Virus record (IMG/VR): IMGVR_UViG_3300042524_000214
Location: 1-38,662 of that record
DNA length: 38,662 nucleotides
From: a virus
Taxonomy: Duplodnaviria; Heunggongvirae; Uroviricota; Caudoviricetes
Strand: one strand, 5' to 3'
Numbering within the stretch: position 1 is the first letter of the stretch; each line of letters begins with the position of its first letter. This document shows positions 33,282 through 38,662 of this stretch, in pieces. The notes below the pieces were generated by a model. It ran no database searches, was not told where the DNA came from, and saw only the letters and a program-made list of their open reading frames with translations. Both the position numbers and the translations under genes were made by a program.

Positions 33282-34673
33282 ATGTATAAGTTAAGAAATT
33301 ATCAAGATGATTCTGTAAATGTAGGCGTTGAGATTTTAAGCAGTTCAAAAGCGAGAAGAGAATTATTAGTTCTTCCTACAGGAGCTGGAAAATCTATTGT
33401 CATAGCTAAAATTGTAGACCAGATAAATGAGCCTGTAATAATACTACAGCCCTCAAAAGAACTGCTTGAGCAGAATTATAATAAATTCATAAATGTTGGT
33501 GGAGAGGCTTCAATTTACTCTGCTTCAGCAGGAATAAAAGAAATCGGTCATGTTACTTTTGCTACTATTGGTTCTATTAAGAAAGAAATACAGAAATTAA
33601 AAAAATTAGGTAAAGTCAAAGTTATTATTGACGAAGCACATATAGGCGTAAAGTCCGGCTCACAATTAAGAACTTTCCTAAAAGAATTAGGCGTAAACAA
33701 TACACTAGGTCTTACAGCAACCCCTTTTGTTTTACAAAGTTCTATGAATGGTGCCGAATTAAAAATGCTAACAAAAATTAAAGGTAAGCTATTTACAACA
33801 ATAGCGTATGTTCATCAAATGAATACTATGTTGTCTGACAATTATTGGACACCAATTGAGTATAGAGTTATTGAGCAAGATGATGAGTTTTTGAAAGTTA
33901 ATTCTTCCGGTTCAGACTACACAGAAGACAGTATGCGTAAGTTTTACGAAGGTAATGACTTAAACTCACAGATTATAGACAATGTAAATTATCGTTTGTC
34001 TGAGGGCTCAAAATCAGTGCTAGTGTTCGTGCCAACTATACAAGAAGCAGTTTCTTTATCTTTAAAAATAGAAGGTTCCGAGGCAGTCAGTTCTTTAACC
34101 CCTAAAAAGGAAAGAGATAGGATTATAGAGGGGTTCAAGAACGGAGAAATACACGTTGTTATCAACGTGGGAATATTGACAACGGGTTTTGATTACCCGG
34201 AACTAGACACTATAATTTTGGCACGCTCAACAATGTCATTTGCACTGTATTACCAAATGATTGGTCGTGGAGTAAGAATACACGATGATAAAACAAAAAC
34301 TGTTGTCATTGATTTGAGTGAAAATTATAATAGATTTGGAAAGGTTGAAGATTTTACTGTAGACTTTGTAGAAGACTATGGCTGGGGACTTTTTAAAGGA
34401 GAAAGCCTTATTTCAAATTATCCAATTGAGGCAAAGCATAGACCACAAAAGAAAAATCTAGGTAAAAAAGTAAATGTAAACATCGCCACATCAGTAAATA
34501 CAGTAAAAGTTGGTGATAGCTTACTTCCAGTAGGTAAATATAAAAATAAATCAATAAGTTCTGTTTTAGCAGAGGATAAAGGTTATCTAGTATGGATGTA
34601 CGAAAACTTTACCTTTTACCCAAATCAAAAATGGCTAAAACTTGAAATAGCCCATTTGTTAAATTTAAGTTAA
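33282..34673 (+). CDS. SF2 DEAH-box helicase (RadD/YejH-like) with small C-terminal domain
   Basis: LPTGAGKS, IIDEAH, GLTATP, NVGILTTGFDYP and YYQMIGRGVR. C-terminal LPVGKYKNKSI...YLVW is a DUF3820-like motif. Confidence 0.9.
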   Translation: MYKLRNYQDDSVNVGVEILSSSKARRELLVLPTGAGKSIVIAKIVDQINEPVIILQPSKELLEQNYNKFINVGGEASIYSASAGIKEIGHVTFATIGSIKKEIQKLKKLGKVKVIIDEAHIGVKSGSQLRTFLKELGVNNTLGLTATPFVLQSSMNGAELKMLTKIKGKLFTTIAYVHQMNTMLSDNYWTPIEYRVIEQDDEFLKVNSSGSDYTEDSMRKFYEGNDLNSQIIDNVNYRLSEGSKSVLVFVPTIQEAVSLSLKIEGSEAVSSLTPKKERDRIIEGFKNGEIHVVINVGILTTGFDYPELDTIILARSTMSFALYYQMIGRGVRIHDDKTKTVVIDLSENYNRFGKVEDFTVDFVEDYGWGLFKGESLISNYPIEAKHRPQKKNLGKKVNVNIATSVNTVKVGDSLLPVGKYKNKSISSVLAEDKGYLVWMYENFTFYPNQKWLKLEIAHLLNLS

Positions 34674-34709
34674 AAAGTTTTAATATATAAATAATTTTTT
34701 GTACCTTTG
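34670..34709 (+). promoter_or_regulatory. Bacteroidota-type promoter of recA
   Basis: TACCTTTG at 34702-34709, weak -33 (TTTT), TTAA 32 nt upstream. Confidence 0.65.
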
Positions 34710-34730
34710 TACAGAATTAAAAAACTAAGT

Positions 34731-35717
34731 ATGGCAGAAGTAAAAGACCCATTATTGGACGTAATTGCTAGTATGGACAAACGTTTCGGAAAAGGGGCTG
34801 TAATCGTAGGAGACACAGTAATACAAACCGAAAGACAAAAAACAGGCTCACTAGGTATGGACATAATCACAGGTGGTGGTTGGGGAAAAGGTAGAATGGT
34901 CGAAATATTTGCACCGGAAAGCTCAGGAAAGACTACGCTATGTATTCACACAATGATACAAGCACAAAAAGATAATCCAGACCAAAAAGTTGCCTTTATT
35001 GATGCAGAGCACGCCTTTGATAGAAATTATGCAGAGCACCTCGGATTAGACATGTCTCAAGTGATTATATCACAGCCAGACAGTGGGGAACAAGCATTAG
35101 AAATAGCAGAAGCTTTGATAGCATCAGGTAAAATTTCAGTGTGTGTAATTGACTCTGTTGCAGCATTAACTCCAAGAGCCGAGATTGAAGGAGAGATGGG
35201 AGATTCTAAAATGGGACTGCATGCACGACTAATGTCACAAGCTTGTAGAAAACTAACTGGTGTTGTAAGTAAAACAAACACGGTTCTTCTTTGGACTAAT
35301 CAAATTCGTATGAAGATTGGAGTTATGTTCGGAAGTCCAGAAACAGTTCCAGGTGGAGAAGCCTTAAAGTTCTACGCATCAATTCGTGTAGATATGAGAA
35401 AGAGTAAAGGAGATGATGACAGTGATGGTAATAGAATCAATAGTAAAGTAAAAGCCAAAACTATAAAAAATAAATTAGCCGCACCTTTTCAAGTAACAGA
35501 ATTTGATATTGTATTTGGTGAAGGTATTGACAGAGCCAGTGAAATTCTAGCAATAGCAGAAAATATTGGGATAATCAAAAAAGGAGGCTCTTGGTTTAGT
35601 TATGGTGAAACAAAATTAGGACAAGGTGCTGCAAATGTAAAAGAACTTTTGAGAGATAACCCAGAATTATCTGATGAGATTGAATTCAAAATAAGAACCC
35701 ACTTTAATATTTTATAG
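34731..35717 (+). CDS. recA: RecA recombinase (bacterial type)
   Basis: APESSGKTT, IDAEHA, DSVAALTPRAEIEGEMGD and NQIRMKIGVMFGSPETVPGGEALKFYAS. ATG at 34731 preferred (328 aa). Confidence 0.95.
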   Translation: MAEVKDPLLDVIASMDKRFGKGAVIVGDTVIQTERQKTGSLGMDIITGGGWGKGRMVEIFAPESSGKTTLCIHTMIQAQKDNPDQKVAFIDAEHAFDRNYAEHLGLDMSQVIISQPDSGEQALEIAEALIASGKISVCVIDSVAALTPRAEIEGEMGDSKMGLHARLMSQACRKLTGVVSKTNTVLLWTNQIRMKIGVMFGSPETVPGGEALKFYASIRVDMRKSKGDDDSDGNRINSKVKAKTIKNKLAAPFQVTEFDIVFGEGIDRASEILAIAENIGIIKKGGSWFSYGETKLGQGAANVKELLRDNPELSDEIEFKIRTHFNIL

Positions 35718-36182
35718 ATGTCAGTATTAGGTTGGAATTATCAAGGTTATGACATAAACAGCATAACCGATATGCAAAGGTATTGCCCCAAAGTCTGGGG
35801 CTTTGTTTATAAGTTAACACTTAGAAAAAAGGGCACTTCTATAGTGGAGTTTGAGTACATAGGTAAGAAAAATGTTTACACAAAAAGAAAAAGGGTTTTC
35901 GGTAAAAAAGAAACTGCTGCTTTAGGGGACAAACGCAAAAAAGCTTATGAGCATGTAATTAAAGAGGGTGATTGGAAATCTTATGTTTCTAGTAACAAAT
36001 TTATAAAAGCCAACAGCTCAAAATTTGACATACATAGAGAAATATTACTTTTTTCAACAAACGATAATGACTTAACCTACCAAGAAGCAAAAGCAATTAT
36101 TTGTTCAGATGCTTTAGAAAATTGTAGGTTTTTAAATGACGGAGTTTCGATTAGGAGGTTTGGTAAAAAAATTATTGATTAA
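35718..36182 (+). CDS. GIY-YIG-family nuclease (T4 DenA/Seg-like small family)
   Basis: GFVY...YIGKK...GDWKSYVSSN...REIL...YQEA pattern of small phage GIY-YIG nucleases. Confidence 0.7.
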   Translation: MSVLGWNYQGYDINSITDMQRYCPKVWGFVYKLTLRKKGTSIVEFEYIGKKNVYTKRKRVFGKKETAALGDKRKKAYEHVIKEGDWKSYVSSNKFIKANSSKFDIHREILLFSTNDNDLTYQEAKAIICSDALENCRFLNDGVSIRRFGKKIID

Positions 36183-36184
36183 AA

Positions 36185-36874
36185 ATGAGAGCTACAAGAG
36201 AAAAAATAACAACTCCTAGAGAACCTAGAGTTTTGAAGAATGACATCAAGTATAAAGTAACTCTTGATGAAGACCAAAAGAAAGTAAAAGAATCCATATT
36301 TTCAAGTGAGATTGTGGTAATTACAGGATACGCAGGTTCAGGTAAGTCTTTAGTTACAGCCCAGACAGTTCTTGACTTAGTATTCAAAAAACAAGCATAC
36401 AACATATACGTTACACGCTCTGCGGTTGAGGTTGGAAAGTCCTTAGGGTTTTTGCCGGGGGAATTAGCCGATAAGTTTGACCCATATATTGAGGCTTTCC
36501 GAGATAACTTGTACAAATGTTATGATAAGGACAAAGTAGACAAGCATATTAAAGATGGTCAAATACAAGGGTTGCCAGTGCAGTATATCCGTGGTAAAAC
36601 TATTGATGGTGGACAAATACTAGTAGTAGAAGAAGCCCAAAACTTGACAAAACACGAAATGTTAGCAATTCTTACTCGTCTAGGAAAAGGGGGAAAGATT
36701 ATTATCAATGGTGATAATGAACAAAGTGATATTAAGGATACCTATACAGGCTTACACTATGTTATGGATTTAGCTAAAGCTATTCCAGAAATAAAGTGGC
36801 ATAAATTGAAATCCAATCACAGGTCTGAGCTTATTTCAAAAATTTTAGACTTTGAGCACAAAAAAAGTAAATAA
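36185..36874 (+). CDS. phoH: PhoH-family ATPase
   Basis: GYAGSGKS, TRSAVE, LGFLPGE...KFDPY, IRGKT, EEAQN, LTRLG and GDNEQSD. Confidence 0.93.
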   Translation: MRATREKITTPREPRVLKNDIKYKVTLDEDQKKVKESIFSSEIVVITGYAGSGKSLVTAQTVLDLVFKKQAYNIYVTRSAVEVGKSLGFLPGELADKFDPYIEAFRDNLYKCYDKDKVDKHIKDGQIQGLPVQYIRGKTIDGGQILVVEEAQNLTKHEMLAILTRLGKGGKIIINGDNEQSDIKDTYTGLHYVMDLAKAIPEIKWHKLKSNHRSELISKILDFEHKKSK

Positions 36875-36876
36875 AA

Positions 36877-36908
36877 TTTGGTAGTTTAAAAAATTATTCG
36901 TACCTTTG
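36877..36908 (+). promoter_or_regulatory. Bacteroidota-type promoter
   Basis: TTTG, 20-nt spacer, TACCTTTG (36901-36908). Confidence 0.8.
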
Positions 36909-36925
36909 CAAAAGAATTAAAATAT

Positions 36926-37111
36926 ATGAGTAAAGAAGTAAACTTTAAGTATTTTTACAACGGAGAAGAAGTTGAAAAATCCCAGATTAATTGGGAGTCA
37001 AATATTACCGTTAGAGTAGACAAAGACAAGGTGTATGTTACAACAACATCTCAAGGTCATTTATCAACAAGACACAAATACCCAGCAGGTGGGTTTAATG
37101 AAAGCAAATAA
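36926..37111 (+). CDS. Hypothetical protein
   Basis: 61 aa, directly after a promoter, abutting the next ATG. Confidence 0.6.
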   Translation: MSKEVNFKYFYNGEEVEKSQINWESNITVRVDKDKVYVTTTSQGHLSTRHKYPAGGFNESK

Positions 37112-37501
37112 ATGGAAGATTTTATTACAGTTACCGTAGTTTCTGGAAAACTAAAAAAAGAGGTAAAAGATAAGCTTACGGAGCTTACTGCAAAAGCAGG
37201 ATTTGCCGGAACAAAAAAAGATGACTTTGGCAGAGACGAACAGTACTATAGAGACTTAGGCGTTGAGCCACCACAAGAGTTTCAAGATGCAAAAGTTCCC
37301 GAATCCTTGGAAATTAAAAAAGAGGATTACGATATAATAGAAAAAATGGGAAAGGTTAAACCCAGTGTTATTACCTTCGTTGTAGATAACGATGATTTTG
37401 GTAGCACGCTTTACATTGATACAGATTTCACAATCACTGTAAAAGAAACCGCAGAAGAAATAGATATAAAAATTAAAAATTTAAAAGATGGCGTTAAGTA
37501 A
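37112..37501 (+). CDS. Hypothetical acidic protein
   Basis: 129 aa, operon-like spacing with its neighbours. Confidence 0.65.
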   Translation: MEDFITVTVVSGKLKKEVKDKLTELTAKAGFAGTKKDDFGRDEQYYRDLGVEPPQEFQDAKVPESLEIKKEDYDIIEKMGKVKPSVITFVVDNDDFGSTLYIDTDFTITVKETAEEIDIKIKNLKDGVK

Positions 37502-38216
37502 AAATTATTTGCAGTTAGAGTTCGGTTCAGGACATTTCTTTGATTACTCAAAGGAAGAAAAAGAAGGTTATGTAAAACATACCTCAACAAAAGGTAACGT
37601 AAGTTACAGAAAGTATTTTAAAGATGGTGTTAGCGGTATCTTGGAATCTGTTTCTATCTACGATGGAAAATTTGGTCAACAGATTTCTATGAATGTTAAA
37701 GATGGTGATGAAATTTACTATTTACCAGTTGACATCTATGACCAATCAAAACAAGTAGACAACACGTATGCTGAGAGTTTGATTAAACTTTTACCTTTAT
37801 TAGAAAAAGGACAAAATGTAACTGTTTCAGGCTACAATTTCAAACCAGATGACAGTAAGTACTCAAAAATAGGCTTTAGCATTAAGGTAAGTGGGGAAAA
37901 ACTAAAATCTGAAATTACTAACTCTTACTACAAAGATGTAGAACTTGTCCCAGGAGATGTTCCGGCTATCGTGTGGGTAGAAAAATTAGGAAAGAAAAAA
38001 CCGTCAGCCTCTTCAATAGAAGTAAAAGATGAATTTTTACTTTCTTTGTTAGAAAGAGAAGAAGCTAGGCTAACTTGGAAAAAAGAAAGCAGTAATGAAG
38101 CTCCAAAACAAGAAGAGCAACCAAAAGAATCTGCACCAAAAGTACAAACACCAGCACCAGCTGCAACAAACAGTACACCAACACCGTCAGATGACGATGA
38201 TGATTTACCATTTTAA
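37488..38216 (+). CDS. Putative single-stranded DNA-binding protein
   Basis: 242 aa. Beta-rich OB-like N-terminus, P/A/T/E linker and acidic tail ending DDDDDLPF. Confidence 0.7.
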   Translation: MALSKNYLQLEFGSGHFFDYSKEEKEGYVKHTSTKGNVSYRKYFKDGVSGILESVSIYDGKFGQQISMNVKDGDEIYYLPVDIYDQSKQVDNTYAESLIKLLPLLEKGQNVTVSGYNFKPDDSKYSKIGFSIKVSGEKLKSEITNSYYKDVELVPGDVPAIVWVEKLGKKKPSASSIEVKDEFLLSLLEREEARLTWKKESSNEAPKQEEQPKESAPKVQTPAPAATNSTPTPSDDDDDLPF

Positions 38217-38233
38217 TTAAAAACAAAAAAGAA

Positions 38234-38659
38234 ATGCAAGAAGAAGTAAAAAATCCGTTAAATTACGGATACTTAGGTGATGAGAAAATAGAAATCACTG
38301 CAAAAGAATTTATAGCAATGAAAACTGCTGTCGAACAAGGAATCAACTCTACTTTAGAGAGTTATTTACCAGAAGTTGTAAAGTATGTTAACATTGAAAC
38401 CTCTAAAATTGTAGAGAACCCTTCGCAAGAGGATTTACAATCAGGAAAAGTTACATTAGTAACAGACCGTGATGCTACATTTAGCCCGGCAAATGTTAAG
38501 TACCACTACTCTACAAAACTTACTCCCGACATGATTATGGGACAACAGTTAATTATGGAAATCCATGAGAGAAACGTAGAAACTGGAGTTGCCAAAAGCA
38601 TAGAAGAGTTACAAAAAGCAAGTGAGCTAACTTTAGTGTCAAATGACAAGCAAAAGTAA
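38234..38659 (+). CDS. Hypothetical protein
   Basis: 141 aa, A-rich leader, TAA stop. No motif recognised. Confidence 0.65.
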   Translation: MQEEVKNPLNYGYLGDEKIEITAKEFIAMKTAVEQGINSTLESYLPEVVKYVNIETSKIVENPSQEDLQSGKVTLVTDRDATFSPANVKYHYSTKLTPDMIMGQQLIMEIHERNVETGVAKSIEELQKASELTLVSNDKQK

Positions 38660-38662
38660 AAC

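Noticed and set aside
6482-34730. Longer N-termini given in the ORF track for 5807..6502, 23442..24614, 31535..32020, 32396..32770 and 34707..35717
   Set aside because: Most of these upstream starts overlap -7/-33 promoter boxes, and several are TTG. Downstream ATGs with A-rich leaders (6481, 24575, 31996, 32680, 34731) fit better.
32479-36516. ORFs 32479..32727 (+), 33076..33348 (-), 34670..34870 (-), 35057..35281 (-) and 36172..36516 (-)
   Set aside because: They are antisense to real genes or run through promoters and the terminator hairpin. No protein-like features.
1-38662. Stop-codon reassignment (code 15 or 4) as in some crAss-like phages
   Set aside because: All core genes (terL, portal, MCP, muzzle portion checked, helicase, recA) are uninterrupted in code 11.
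1-38662. CRISPR array, tRNA genes, DGR/retron, inteins, integrase or transposase
   Set aside because: No regularly spaced repeats, cloverleaf/T-loop signatures, reverse transcriptase or intein splice motifs seen. The duplicated fibre module is a coding N-terminal repeat, not a TR/VR pair.

Overview
Fragment of a crAss-like (Crassvirales-related) podophage of an AT-rich Bacteroidota host, probably an aquatic Flavobacteriaceae member. Positions 1-32700 are a minus-strand packaging, virion and lysis module: small DNA-binding genes, large terminase, portal, acidic scaffold-like protein, major capsid protein, ring proteins, auxiliary capsid protein, holin/M15 endolysin/spanin-like gene, tail hub and Cys-rich fibre genes, IHF-like gene and a muzzle gene running off the left edge (missing from the ORF track). 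Positions 33282-38659 are a plus-strand replication/recombination block (SF2 helicase, RecA, GIY-YIG nuclease, PhoH, SSB-like). Genes read cleanly in code 11. Eleven Bacteroidota -33/-7 (TAnnTTTG) promoters are visible, and eight carry an extra TTAA exactly 32 nt upstream of the -7 box. The most striking unexplained elements are non-coding: (1) a ~700-nt ORF-free, tetraloop-rich, long-range-paired RNA in the tail-fibre cluster, followed by an unannotated 47-aa very basic peptide; (2) a ~290-nt ORF-free unit with tandem promoters, a predicted pseudoknot and a terminator in the divergent region; (3) a ~200-nt element with an internal repeat whose 3' end is complementary to the leader of a virion gene 15 kb away. 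Protein assignments rest on recalled family motifs and synteny, and RNA structures were derived by eye. No searches or folding programs were run.
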